Below, one piece after another: positions 24,943 to 36,117 of a DNA stretch of 64,000 nucleotides. The stretch spans positions 437 to 64,436 of the forward strand of contig JBHJOI010000080.1 in NCBI GenBank assembly GCA_050329935.1, read 5' to 3'. A model generated the notes under the pieces. The model worked only from the letters and a program-made list of their open reading frames with translations, did no database searches and had not been told where the DNA came from. The stretch is from Thiotrichales bacterium (GTDB lineage Bacteria; Pseudomonadota; Gammaproteobacteria; UWMA-0217). Position numbers and translations under genes: made by a program. The number at the start of each line of letters is the position of its first letter. Positions within the stretch are counted from its first letter, which is position 1.

Positions 24943-25345
24943 ACCGGACTCCAGTCTAACAGGGTGATCGAACCAGATGAAACCACGGACGCGCGCTCCG
25001 CGAGTGATTCGGATTGGGGATTTTACTGATTCGGCTGATACTTAAGCAATCAGAAGGCAATCAAGAAGCGCGATGCGCGCTGGCAAAAGGATGCGGACGA
25101 CGATAAAGACCGGTCAATGCAGGGCGCGTGACGCGTGCCGAAGCTTCGCAGGCAGACCTCAAAAGCGCGCCACGCGTCTGGCTAGAAGAACCGTTCGTGT
25201 CGGCCCGAAAATGTCCGAGGTTGTCCTTGTGGCGATTTCGCCGCGCGTATGGTCGCGAAATAAGAATCGTTCGCGCAACTCTTCGTGCCGCGTGTCGACC
25301 GGGCTAGATGCCCGGCCAACGCATTCAGTCAAATACCACCGCCGG

Positions 25346-25807
25346 CTAAATCGACACCGGACGCGGAAACACGAAGTTCTTACGCCGTGTTTCTTCATCA
25401 TGGCGCATCGCGATCTCACGTATACCCTGGCGCTGCACGAATTGGTCCAGGGTGATACCGTCGAGGAAGGTGTACATACGCTTGCTGAGGTCACCCCACA
25501 ACTGGTGACTCTTGCAACGATCAGCGTCAATCGTCCCTTCCTCGTCATTCTCTTCGTCAACGGCGGTTATGATCTCGGCGACCGAGATCTTATGTGGCAT
25601 CCGCGCTAGACGGTAGCCGCCACCGGGGCCACGAACACCCTCGACGAGTTTGTTCTTGCGCAGCTTGGCGAACAACTGCTCGAGATAAGACAATGAAATA
25701 CCTTGAGTTTGAGAAATGTCCGCCAACGTCACCGGGCCGTCCGCGTCATGCAGCGCGAGATCCATCATCGCGGTTACGGCATAACGGCCTTTGGTTGATA
25801 GTTTCAT
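25346..25807 (-). CDS. Rrf2/IscR-like transcriptional regulator lacking two of the three Fe-S cysteines
   Basis: MKLSTKGRYAVTAMMDLA...ISLSYLEQLFAKLRK...VRGPGGGY matches the IscR N-terminus. The cluster loop retains only C-x-x-H (RCKSHQLW). Confidence 0.88.
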   Translation of the reverse strand: MKLSTKGRYAVTAMMDLALHDADGPVTLADISQTQGISLSYLEQLFAKLRKNKLVEGVRGPGGGYRLARMPHKISVAEIITAVDEENDEEGTIDADRCKSHQLWGDLSKRMYTFLDGITLDQFVQRQGIREIAMRHDEETRRKNFVFPRPVSI

Positions 25808-25846
25808 AGTTGACACCTCACCTATGGTTAAACAGGGTAAAACGTT

Positions 25847-25904
25847 AAATCCGACCGTTTTGGTTAAGGTGAGTATGGAATAACCAAGCAATTTAGTCAA
25901 ATAT
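25847..25904 (-). promoter_or_regulatory. Two tandem IscR type-1-like operator sites
   Basis: ATATTTGACTAAATTGCTTGGTTAT (25880-25904, minus strand) matches ATASYYGACTRWWWYAGTCRRSTAT at 20/25 by my count. AAATCCGACCGTTTTGGTTAAGGTG (25847-25871) matches at 17/25. Confidence 0.65.
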
Positions 25905-25953
25905 AAAACCGGAGGTAACGTACTGATATTAATCAGCACCCAACGACTATTAT

Positions 25954-26481
25954 TTATCCGATGATTCCATAGCCAAAAACCTCCGGATCGCCGGCTGGCA
26001 CCGACGCCGTTTGTGAGGGCTCGAGTGAGAGAAAATTGTGCCCTTGGCGGTGGCAGTAGTTCAGCCATTTGTAGAGAAAGCGATTCATTCGCCAACGGCA
26101 ACTCAACGCCGAATCAATGTCGGCGTCGCGGGCGTCGATTCGGTGCCCGGGCGTCAGTCGGCAACGCCGGCTCAGCACCTCGGCGACCCGCGCATCGTGG
26201 TAAATGCGGACGGTGACATCGGGTCGGAGGTCGCCGTTCTCCATCTCGTAGGTCAGCACCAGGGTCGTGGTGTGGCGGGCCTGGTCAAGGATCGTGAGGT
26301 GCAAATCGTGCGCGCGCGGTGCGTGCGATACGATGTGCCCGCGCGCGCGCTTGACGTCCGGGCACAGACATTTCAGCCGCATGTAGTTATGCTCATACAT
26401 CTCCATGAGTGCGGCAAAACTACGCGGCTTGGGCTGTTCACAGCGGACGCAGGTCTCGGGCCATCGCATGGTTTTCAGCAT
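25954..26481 (-). CDS. DUF1249 (YqiB-like) protein
   Basis: LMEMYEHNYMRL, HTTTLVLTY, PDVTVRIYHDARVAEV and WRMNRFLYKWLNYCHRQGH. Confidence 0.85.
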   Translation of the reverse strand: MLKTMRWPETCVRCEQPKPRSFAALMEMYEHNYMRLKCLCPDVKRARGHIVSHAPRAHDLHLTILDQARHTTTLVLTYEMENGDLRPDVTVRIYHDARVAEVLSRRCRLTPGHRIDARDADIDSALSCRWRMNRFLYKWLNYCHRQGHNFLSLEPSQTASVPAGDPEVFGYGIIG

Positions 26482-26507
26482 AACACAGCGCAAACCTTTC
26501 AAACTGA

Positions 26508-28163
<1,656 letters not shown>

Positions 28164-28408
28164 GCGATGTGCCGCGCGCCGCCCGTCCCGAAAACGGGCG
28201 GCACCGAAGCGTCAACGCCCCGACTTTCATGGCGAGGATACCGCATCGGAGGATGAAAGCCGTTCCGGTTTGGATAGGCAGGAGCATCGGCCGCGGAGGC
28301 AGCCGACGCCCCCCAGGGATGATTCACGGTTTCTCCCACCTACCCTGCCCGGAACGGCAATGCCTGAATTTCCGGTATTTCACGTTAAATTACTCGCTCG
28401 CGCTTGCT

Positions 28409-28834
28409 TTAGGTACGCCGGCCGCGGAGCGCATCCAACGCCGCGATTCGGAGCCGCCGATGCAGCTCGGGCGTTACGCTGTCGGCCGCGACCAATACGG
28501 TGCATCGCCCAAACCGGGTTTGAAACACCATAATCACCAACCAGCGAAACACCTGCGCGCGCTTCAACTCGACCGCCGAGGCGGGTCCATCCCGCAGTCG
28601 AAGCGACCATTCCCCAGCGGCGCTCAGGCCCAATTCCGATACCGCGCAACGGCCGCGCCGCCCGCTTTGGCGCCCGATCTGGTATATCCCACTCGCGCCG
28701 ATCACGGCGATCAGCACGGACTTGAATGCAAGTCCGAACGGCGACGCCAGTAGCGCGACCATCGCGGCAAGGTGGACAATCACCAACGCCGCGATCAGGC
28801 CGTACGAGACCTCAAGCGGTATACGCAGCGGCAC
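28409..28834 (-). CDS. ygfX: YgfX (CptA)-like membrane protein
   Basis: Two N-terminal TM helices and C-terminal DSVTPELHRRLRI; overlaps the end of sdhE. Confidence 0.7.
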   Translation of the reverse strand: MPLRIPLEVSYGLIAALVIVHLAAMVALLASPFGLAFKSVLIAVIGASGIYQIGRQSGRRGRCAVSELGLSAAGEWSLRLRDGPASAVELKRAQVFRWLVIMVFQTRFGRCTVLVAADSVTPELHRRLRIAALDALRGRRT

Positions 28835-29081
28835 GGATCGCTTCGGCCAGACGCGCCATCGCCGGATCGCTCGGCGTTTGCCGCCCCATCAGGATGTCCA
28901 GCAACGTGGCATCTGGGTACTCAAGTAGCGCGACGAAGCGCGCCTGATCCACGGAATCGAGCCGGGGGTAGTGATGTCGCGCGTACCCCTGCAACAACCA
29001 ATCGAGCTCCAGCATCCCGCGTCGGCAGCGCCACAGAATCTGCCCCTGGTTTATCGTCGGCTGCGTTGTATCGCCCGTCAT
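28812..29081 (-). CDS. sdhE: Succinate dehydrogenase flavinylation factor
   Basis: WRCRRGMLELD signature. Confidence 0.92.
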   Translation of the reverse strand: MTGDTTQPTINQGQILWRCRRGMLELDWLLQGYARHHYPRLDSVDQARFVALLEYPDATLLDILMGRQTPSDPAMARLAEAIRAAAYTA

Positions 29082-29100
29082 CGCTGTTGAACGCTCGTGA

Positions 29101-29802
29101 CTACACTAACCGCTGTAGCATCGCCTTCTTGATCTCGCCAATCGCCTTGGTGGGATTCAAGCCCTTGGGGCACACCTGAACGCAGTTCATGATGCTATGG
29201 CAACGATAGAGCTTATAAGCGTCATCCAGTTGGTCGAGACGCTCCTCGGTGGCTTGATCGCGACTGTCGAGAACGAATCGCGCCGCCTGCAACAGAGCCG
29301 CCGGCCCCAGGAACTTGGTCGGATTCCACCAATAGGACGGGCACGACGCCGAGCAGCACCCGCATAAAATACACTCGTACAAGCCATCGAGCTTGTCGCG
29401 ATCCTGGGGGCTCTGTCGGCGCTCGACCTCCGGTTCCGGGTCGAGATTGATCAGGTAAGGCTTGGCCCTGCGGTACTGGTGGTAGAAATTGCTCATATCG
29501 ACCACCAGGTCGCGGATCACCGGCATTCCGGGGAATGGACGCACCTCGATCGGTTCCTTCAGCGACGCGACCGGTGTGATGCAAGCCAGTCCATTGCGAC
29601 CATTGATGTTCATCCCGTCGGAGCCGCATACGCCCTCGCCGCAGGAACGCCGAAAAGTCAGCGACGGGTCCTTTTCCTTAAGCTTGAGGAGCGCGCCAAG
29701 CAGCATCATGCCCGGCTCGAGATCGGCGCCGGTCAACTCATAAGCCTGCATGTAGGGCTGCTTGTCCGTCTCGGGGTTGTAGCGGTAGATCGAAAAGCGC
29801 AT
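29101..29802 (-). CDS. sdhB: Succinate dehydrogenase iron-sulfur subunit
   Basis: FRRSCGEGVCGSDG, CILCGCCSASCP and CHSIMNCVQVCP. Confidence 0.96.
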   Translation of the reverse strand: MRFSIYRYNPETDKQPYMQAYELTGADLEPGMMLLGALLKLKEKDPSLTFRRSCGEGVCGSDGMNINGRNGLACITPVASLKEPIEVRPFPGMPVIRDLVVDMSNFYHQYRRAKPYLINLDPEPEVERRQSPQDRDKLDGLYECILCGCCSASCPSYWWNPTKFLGPAALLQAARFVLDSRDQATEERLDQLDDAYKLYRCHSIMNCVQVCPKGLNPTKAIGEIKKAMLQRLV

Positions 29803-31571
29803 CAATAAACCCTCTTTTTCGGCGGAAAGCTCTCGACGGTCAGCGGCTTGGTGCGCACCGGCTTAAAGTCGACCGTATCGGTCTGAAGTGAATAAAGACT
29901 GTGTTTCATCCAGTTCACGTCATCACGTTCGGGGAAATCCACCCGCGAGTGCGCCCCGCGACTCTCTTGTCGGGCCAGCGCGGATGCCGCGGTCGCCAAC
30001 GCGCAGCCGATCAGATTATCGAGTTCCATCGCCTCGACCCGCGTGGTGTTGAACACCTTGCTCTGGTCCTGAACCCGCGCGTCCCGATACCGCGCGGCGA
30101 TCCGCTTGACCTGCTCCAGACCCTCGGCCATCACCGCCTCCTCGCGATAAACGCCGCAATGGATCTCCATCACCTTCTTCAATTCGGCGCGAAGCTCGTC
30201 CACCGACTCGCCCTTGCCGGGCGTATCCCATTGCGCCATTCGGCTCAGCGGTCGCTCGATCGCCGAATCCGGCAACGGCCTGTGATATGGGTTTTCGGCG
30301 AGCGCCTGCAACATGCTCTCGGCGGCCGCCTTGCCGAACACCAAAATATCGAGCAGCGAGTTACCACCGAGTCGATTCGCGCCGTGGACCGACACGCAGG
30401 CGCACTCACCCGCGGCATACAGCCCCGGCACGACCTCCTCCGGATTGTTCTTGTGTGGCGCCACGACCCGAGCCTGGCGGTCGGTCGGGATCCCTCCCAT
30501 GGTGTAATGCGCGGTCGGATAGACCGGTATCGGCCGCTCAACCGGATCGACGCCGACGAAGGTAATACTGGTTTCGCGTATGCCGGGCAGGCGCTTCTTG
30601 ATGACCTCAGCGCCGAGGTGATGCAGCTGCAGGAACACATGATCCTTGTTTGGCCCACAGCCCCTGCCCTCGCGTACCTCCACCGCGATCGCCCGACTGA
30701 CGACATCGCGGCTCGCCAGATCCTTCGCATTGGGCGCGTATCGCTCCATGAAGCGCTCACCCTCACCGTTGACGAGAAAGCCGCCTTCACCACGACAACC
30801 CTCGGTGATCAACATGCCGCGGCCGGCGATTCCGGTCGGGTGGAACTGGAAGAACTCCATGTCCTGTAACGGGATCCCGGCGCGCAATGCCATCCCCATA
30901 CCGTCGCCACTGTTGATCAGGGCATTGCTGTTGGTACGGAAGATCTGTCCGACACCACCGGTGGCGAGCAGGGTATTCTTGGCCTCGATGATGATCGGTT
31001 CGCCGCTCAGGATCTCGAAAGCGAGCACGCCGAGAACATGACCCTCCTCATCCTGCAACAAATCAACGGCGAAATACTCGTCGAAGAAATGGGTGCGCGC
31101 GCGAATATTTTGTTGATACAGCGCATGCAGGATCGCGTGCCCCGTTCGGTCGGCCGCGGCGCAGGTCCGCGCCGCCTGGGCACCGCCGAAATTCTGACTT
31201 TGGCCGCCGAACGCCCGCTGGTAGATATTGCCGTTGTCGAGACGTGAGAACGGCACGCCCGAGTGTTCGAGTTCATAGACGATGCGCGGCGCGGCCTGAC
31301 ACATGAACTCGATCGCATCCTGATCGCCGAGGTAATCGCTACCTTTGACCGTATCGAACATATGCCAATGCCAGTTGTCGGGCGAGACGTTGGCTAGCGC
31401 CGCGTTGACACCGCCCTGCGCGGCGACGGTGTGTGAGCGCGTCGGAAAGACCTTCGACATGACCGCGACGCTGGCCTCGGCCTGCGCCAGCTGCAACGCG
31501 GCGCGCAGCCCCGCGCCACCGGCGCCGATGATGAGTGCGTCGAATTTTCTACGCGCAATGCCGTTGCTCAT
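29802..31571 (-). CDS. sdhA: Succinate dehydrogenase flavoprotein subunit
   Basis: GAGGAG, RSHTVAAQGG (FAD His), QFHPT, HYTMGG and HGANRLG. Confidence 0.97.
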   Translation of the reverse strand: MSNGIARRKFDALIIGAGGAGLRAALQLAQAEASVAVMSKVFPTRSHTVAAQGGVNAALANVSPDNWHWHMFDTVKGSDYLGDQDAIEFMCQAAPRIVYELEHSGVPFSRLDNGNIYQRAFGGQSQNFGGAQAARTCAAADRTGHAILHALYQQNIRARTHFFDEYFAVDLLQDEEGHVLGVLAFEILSGEPIIIEAKNTLLATGGVGQIFRTNSNALINSGDGMGMALRAGIPLQDMEFFQFHPTGIAGRGMLITEGCRGEGGFLVNGEGERFMERYAPNAKDLASRDVVSRAIAVEVREGRGCGPNKDHVFLQLHHLGAEVIKKRLPGIRETSITFVGVDPVERPIPVYPTAHYTMGGIPTDRQARVVAPHKNNPEEVVPGLYAAGECACVSVHGANRLGGNSLLDILVFGKAAAESMLQALAENPYHRPLPDSAIERPLSRMAQWDTPGKGESVDELRAELKKVMEIHCGVYREEAVMAEGLEQVKRIAARYRDARVQDQSKVFNTTRVEAMELDNLIGCALATAASALARQESRGAHSRVDFPERDDVNWMKHSLYSLQTDTVDFKPVRTKPLTVESFPPKKRVY

Positions 31572-31906
31572 GGCATGACCCTCGATAGCAGGATCGCCGC
31601 CGCCCAGGCCGCGCAACCCGTTAACACCAAACCCACCAGCGTAAGCGTTGCCAATCGGTACGCCAAGGGATGCACGTAGTCGATGATCACATCACGCACG
31701 CCGATCCACGCATGGAGCAACAGCGCGCCGAAAAACAACATGAACGCAATCGCGACCAGCGGCGTGCCGACAAACGCCCGCCAGTGCTCATAGGTCCAGT
31801 CGCCGAACAGCACGAGCAGGATCAACGCAACCGTACCCACCCCGACCACTACTGCCGTGATTCGCTGCAACAGCCACGGCCGAAATCCGCCCAATCCGGC
31901 GCTCAT
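31568..31906 (-). CDS. sdhD: Succinate dehydrogenase membrane anchor
   Basis: WLLQRITAV and LHAWIGVRDVIIDYV; ATG overlaps the sdhC stop. Confidence 0.92.
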   Translation of the reverse strand: MSAGLGGFRPWLLQRITAVVVGVGTVALILLVLFGDWTYEHWRAFVGTPLVAIAFMLFFGALLLHAWIGVRDVIIDYVHPLAYRLATLTLVGLVLTGCAAWAAAILLSRVMP

Positions 31907-32280
31907 AGATAAACTCCCAGCGCGAGCAACAGCGCCAGAACGCCTCCACCTATCAGCACCCATCGCGCCGAACGTTCGGCGGCTGCCTTGTCGATGCCGA
32001 TGTCGAGATCGAGCAAGAGGTAACGAATACCCGCCAATAGATGGTGCGACACGGCCCAGAGCAAGCCCAACACCACCAGGAACATTAACGGATGCGTCAG
32101 TAAGACCCGCACCGCGGCGAACTCTGTTTCGCTCGCGAGGCTTCGCTGCAACAGCCAAAGCAGAAGCGGGGTCGCGAAAAACAACAGCACACCGCTGACT
32201 CGGTGCAGAATCGATGCGATTCCGGGGAGCGGTAACTTGATCTTCAGCAGATCGAGATAGACAGGTCGAGTATCGTGCAT
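31903..32280 (-). CDS. sdhC: Succinate dehydrogenase cytochrome b556 subunit
   Basis: RPVYLDL, SILHRVSG and HHLLAGIRYLLLD. Confidence 0.93.
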   Translation of the reverse strand: MHDTRPVYLDLLKIKLPLPGIASILHRVSGVLLFFATPLLLWLLQRSLASETEFAAVRVLLTHPLMFLVVLGLLWAVSHHLLAGIRYLLLDLDIGIDKAAAERSARWVLIGGGVLALLLALGVYL

Positions 32281-32464
32281 GATTTCGGTTCCATACGCGC
32301 GAACAGGGACGGATTGAATCTTCAGGTCGGGATTAAGTGTAATCCGTGGGCGGGCTGGATTCGTTGTTATAATCGCAGCAGACACGCGGCACAGCTTTCA
32401 GCCTTGGGCGCAAGTATAAACAACATCAATACTGAATCCATATACCCTCAAACAGATTAATTAT

Positions 32465-33535
32465 ATGAAACCGGAATGGAAACGTTTCCTGAGTGACAAC
32501 GGCGCGGAGTTCGACGCCAACGACGATGTGGTCGCTAGCCATGGGAACCCGGAGCGTGAGTTGCGCATGTCCGTCAATGGCGATGTGTTCTACGACCTCT
32601 CCCATCTCGGACTGATTGAGGTCTATGGAGACGACGCACGCGCCTTTCTGCAATCGCAAACGACCAACAACCTCAATCAGGTCACACCCGAACGCAGCCA
32701 ACTCGGCGCCTATTGCTCGGCGAAGGGTCGTGTTTTTGCACTGTTCCGTTTGCTTCAACGGGGCGAGACGTTCTACCTCAGCTTGCCGCGTGACACCCTC
32801 GAATCGACGCTCAAGAAACTGCAGATGTTCGTGCTTCGCAGCAAGGTCACCCTGGCGGACGCCGACGACGCGCTGGTTCGCATGGGCCTATCGGGACCCC
32901 GAGCCGAGGAGGAACTGACCGAGGCGCTTGGCGGCTGTCCGCAAAATGTCGACGACACGCTGCCCCTGAATGGCTACACCTGCGTGCGGGTTGCCGGAGC
33001 GATGCCGCGTTTCGAGATTTTCGGCGAACTCGAGCCCATGCAGCAACTCTGGCACAAGCTTAACGTGCGCTGTGCGCCGGTCGGTCTCGAGGCGTGCATG
33101 TTGCTGGACGTGCTCGCGGCGGTACCGATGGTCAACTCGGCGAGTCAGGAAGCTTTTGTGCCGCAGATGCTCAATTTACACCTGGTCAACGGCATCAGTT
33201 TTACCAAGGGGTGCTACCCGGGTCAGGAAATCGTCGCGCGCACCCAGTACCTCGGTCAACTCAAACGCCGCATGTATCGGGTTCAATTCGCGGCCTCCGC
33301 GCCACCCGTCGGCACCGAACTCTTCTCCCCGGCCGATTCGCTCGGTCAAGCCGTGGGTCGTATCGTCAACTCGGCCCGACATCCCGACGGCGGTAGCGAA
33401 GCCTTGGCCGTGCTCCAGGTCAACGTCGTGGAACAAAGCGCCGTGATTCACCTCGGCGCGGCCGACGGCCCGGAGGGCTCGGTGTCGACGCCACCCTACG
33501 GCTTTGGCCGTGTCGAAAACGCCGACAACAACTAA
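32465..33535 (+). CDS. ygfZ: Folate-binding Fe-S maturation protein YgfZ
   Basis: ISFTKGCYPGQEIVAR signature. Confidence 0.93.
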   Translation: MKPEWKRFLSDNGAEFDANDDVVASHGNPERELRMSVNGDVFYDLSHLGLIEVYGDDARAFLQSQTTNNLNQVTPERSQLGAYCSAKGRVFALFRLLQRGETFYLSLPRDTLESTLKKLQMFVLRSKVTLADADDALVRMGLSGPRAEEELTEALGGCPQNVDDTLPLNGYTCVRVAGAMPRFEIFGELEPMQQLWHKLNVRCAPVGLEACMLLDVLAAVPMVNSASQEAFVPQMLNLHLVNGISFTKGCYPGQEIVARTQYLGQLKRRMYRVQFAASAPPVGTELFSPADSLGQAVGRIVNSARHPDGGSEALAVLQVNVVEQSAVIHLGAADGPEGSVSTPPYGFGRVENADNN

Positions 33536-33599
33536 CTGGCGTTAAGCGATGCGTGAATGAACCATTCACGCACGGCGGCAAACCGAGGTCACGGCCGCG

Positions 33600-34100
33600 C
33601 TATTGCAACATGACTGGCCGGTCGCCCCAATCTGGCCGTGCTCGATCGTTGTGCGCCGCCACGGCCGTCATCGTACCGTGACCCTGATTCGAAACATCGA
33701 CCAAGAAGTCTCGCAGAACCACCAATTGCTCGTCATCGAGCGTTTCGAGGTGCCTCAAGGTGTCGCTCAAGCGTTCGAGGGCAGTCGAAAGCGCGAGCCT
33801 AGTGCCTCGCGACCCCGGATCGAGTTGCTCGATGACCTGGAACAGCATCGGATTCGCCACGCAATCGGTACTTGTCCGAAGTTCAGGCGAGTGCGTCTTG
33901 ATCCGGTCCGCCAGGCAGTACACGCAACGGCCAAGGTTCGCCGAGGGACGCGATATCAATGCCTGGGTATCACAACGCCCACCGTGCCTGCGTTTGGCAC
34001 GGAGCACATCGATTTGTGCCGCCAGCACCGCCGACGCGGTGCGTATTTCGACCGTAAGGTACGCGTCGTAGTCAACTCCGGAAGACGATTTCTTACCCAT
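33600..34100 (-). CDS. Hypothetical protein
   Basis: 166-aa ORF filling the ygfZ-yccA gap, with an amphipathic helical C-terminal half and an AT-rich upstream region. No family recognised. Confidence 0.45.
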   Translation of the reverse strand: MGKKSSSGVDYDAYLTVEIRTASAVLAAQIDVLRAKRRHGGRCDTQALISRPSANLGRCVYCLADRIKTHSPELRTSTDCVANPMLFQVIEQLDPGSRGTRLALSTALERLSDTLRHLETLDDEQLVVLRDFLVDVSNQGHGTMTAVAAHNDRARPDWGDRPVMLQ

Positions 34101-34231
34101 CCCGCTCTATCCGTACCGTGTTTTGCGCGAACCTAATTAATAGCACCAATTGTGGAAAAGTGTGGACGGATTCGAATAAATGGTTGCAAAGTGGGGATGA
34201 GTGCTTCGAGCGGACAAACCCCGCATTGCAC

Positions 34232-34265
34232 AAAAAAAACGACCGCGTCCTTTCGAACGCGGTCG
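34232..34265 (-). terminator. Intrinsic terminator after yccA
   Basis: Minus strand CGACCGCGTTC-gaaa-GGACGCGGTCG followed by T8. Confidence 0.85.
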
Positions 34266-34315
34266 CATGAAGCGCGAGCGCAACGCCCCAGCGTCACGCC
34301 TCGGTGCGAGCGGCG

Positions 34316-34981
34316 CTAGTCGCCGCTGGCGAATCCGAGCAAGTGCATCAGACTCATGAACAAATTGAAAATGGAAACGAACAACGTGACCGTCGCCATG
34401 ATGTAGTTTGTTTCACCGCCATGGATGATGTTGCTGGTCTCGAACAGGATCAATCCGGACATCAGCAGCACGAACATGGCCGACACCGCGAGCGAAAGCC
34501 CCGGCATTTCAAAGAAGTACGCGCCGAGTCCGGCCACGAACGCGACCATGATGCCGACGAACAGGAACCCGCCCATGAAGCTGAAATCGCGCTTTGAAAC
34601 CAGCACATAGGCCGACAGCGCGACAAAGATCGCGGCCGTGCCCGCCATTGCGGTCATTACGATCTGGGAGCCGTTCGGCAAGCTAAGATAGGCGCTCATC
34701 ACTGGACCCAGGGTCAGTCCCATGAAGCCGGTCAGACCAAACACCGAAGCCAGACCCCATACGCTGTTGCGTAGCTTGTAGGTCAGGAACAAAAAGCCGA
34801 AGTAACCCGCGAGCGTGAGCAACAGGCCAGGATGCGGCAAACCCATCGCCATGGAAATGCCCGCGGTCAGGGCGCTGAACGCCAGCGTCAAAGCAAGCAA
34901 CAGATAGGTATTGCGCAGCACCCGATTCGTCGCGAGTACCCCGCGCTCGGACCGGGTGGTGGAAGTAATGACTTGACTCAT
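34316..34981 (-). CDS. yccA: Bax inhibitor-1/YccA family membrane protein (FtsH modulator)
   Basis: NRVLRNTYLLL, about 7 TM helices, KRDFSFMGGFL and IIHGGETNYIMATVTLFVSIFNLF. Confidence 0.92.
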   Translation of the reverse strand: MSQVITSTTRSERGVLATNRVLRNTYLLLALTLAFSALTAGISMAMGLPHPGLLLTLAGYFGFLFLTYKLRNSVWGLASVFGLTGFMGLTLGPVMSAYLSLPNGSQIVMTAMAGTAAIFVALSAYVLVSKRDFSFMGGFLFVGIMVAFVAGLGAYFFEMPGLSLAVSAMFVLLMSGLILFETSNIIHGGETNYIMATVTLFVSIFNLFMSLMHLLGFASGD

Positions 34982-35018
34982 GAATGGAACCTCGCTGATA
35001 ACGGATCAAATTGCAGGG

Positions 35019-35100
35019 AGCATGATCGAACTAGGCGCGAAAGAAAATCGAATCGAACCCAAATTTTACTCGAATATCTCGTATCGATCGAAAAACCTAA
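35019..35100 (-). promoter_or_regulatory. LysR-type boxes and -10-like hexamer upstream of yccA
   Basis: TCGaatatctCGT at 35070, further TCG half-sites at 35048 and 35088, and minus-strand CATGCT at 35019-35024. Confidence 0.5.
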
Positions 35101-35123
35101 CAAACTGCAAGGAGCGACGTCGT

Positions 35124-36023
35124 TCAACCGAACAAGCCGCCTCGCGAAGCATCGGTGATCATGGCAACCGCGGGATGTTTGATGCGCCGCTCGGCCGAAA
35201 TCACGTAGTACCGCTCCATGACGTCCCGGGTCCGTCCGATCACTTCGACGGCGTATTTTTTGAGTACATCGCCTTCGACGATTGTAGGTGACGTGAAGAT
35301 CCCTTCATTCGCTTCGCCAAAGACCTTCATCAACGCCCGATCCTCGAATTCCGCGACGATCTCGGGCCGTAACTCGCAGTGCTCGAACCACGACTCCAGG
35401 GCACGACGCAGCGCGCTGCTAGCGGTCGGCATCAGCATCGGCGCGCAGTCTAGGCACGCCGGAAAGTTGTCACAATAGCGCGCGGCAGAATCCCGCGCGA
35501 CGAAAAAACTGATGCCCGATTCGCCCAGCAGATGGTTGTACGCGCGCACGCTCAACGCCGGGCTTACCGGACTATCGGCAATCACCAGGTCGAGTTTATG
35601 CACCGCAAGATCCGCAAGCAGATCCGCGAATGGCGCCTCATTGCACACCAGGCGAACCTTCTCACCCATCTGTAGTACCGGCTCGAGCACCTTGTAGGCC
35701 AACAACTTCGGAACGACCATCGCGATCCCGACATGCAAGGATATTGCAGTGCCCGGCGTGCGGCCCGCGAGCATGTCCTGAAGTTCGGCGCTGAGGCGAA
35801 ACATCTCGTCCGCATACGAGAACACCACCCGGCCGGTATCGGTCAACACCAGGTTTCGACCTGACTTCTGGAACAACTTGTTGCCGATCTGCTCCTCAAG
35901 TTCGCGTAGCTGACCGCTGATAGTCTGCGGCGTAAGGTGAAGAATTTCGGAAGCGCGCGCGATCGTGCCATGCGATGCGACCGCCCAAAAATAACGCAGA
36001 TGCTTCAGATTGATGTTGTTCAT
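35124..36023 (-). CDS. nhaR: NhaR-like LysR family transcriptional activator
   Basis: INLKHLRYFWAVA...LHLTPQTISGQL, VVPKLLAY, HLLGESG and VAEFEDRALMKVFG are typical of the NhaR subfamily. Confidence 0.85.
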   Translation of the reverse strand: MNNINLKHLRYFWAVASHGTIARASEILHLTPQTISGQLRELEEQIGNKLFQKSGRNLVLTDTGRVVFSYADEMFRLSAELQDMLAGRTPGTAISLHVGIAMVVPKLLAYKVLEPVLQMGEKVRLVCNEAPFADLLADLAVHKLDLVIADSPVSPALSVRAYNHLLGESGISFFVARDSAARYCDNFPACLDCAPMLMPTASSALRRALESWFEHCELRPEIVAEFEDRALMKVFGEANEGIFTSPTIVEGDVLKKYAVEVIGRTRDVMERYYVISAERRIKHPAVAMITDASRGGLFG

Positions 36024-36117
36024 GACTGTCGCTCCGCGAATGGTTCGAACCACGCGTTGGCATCGCGCCAAGACATGCTGCCCATGGGTCTTGACGCGCA
36101 CGAACCCGCGTCCGCGC

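Noticed and set aside
28409-29081. CptAB toxin-antitoxin pair
   Set aside because: The upstream gene is a clear SdhE inside the sdh operon, so an assembly-factor reading fits better.
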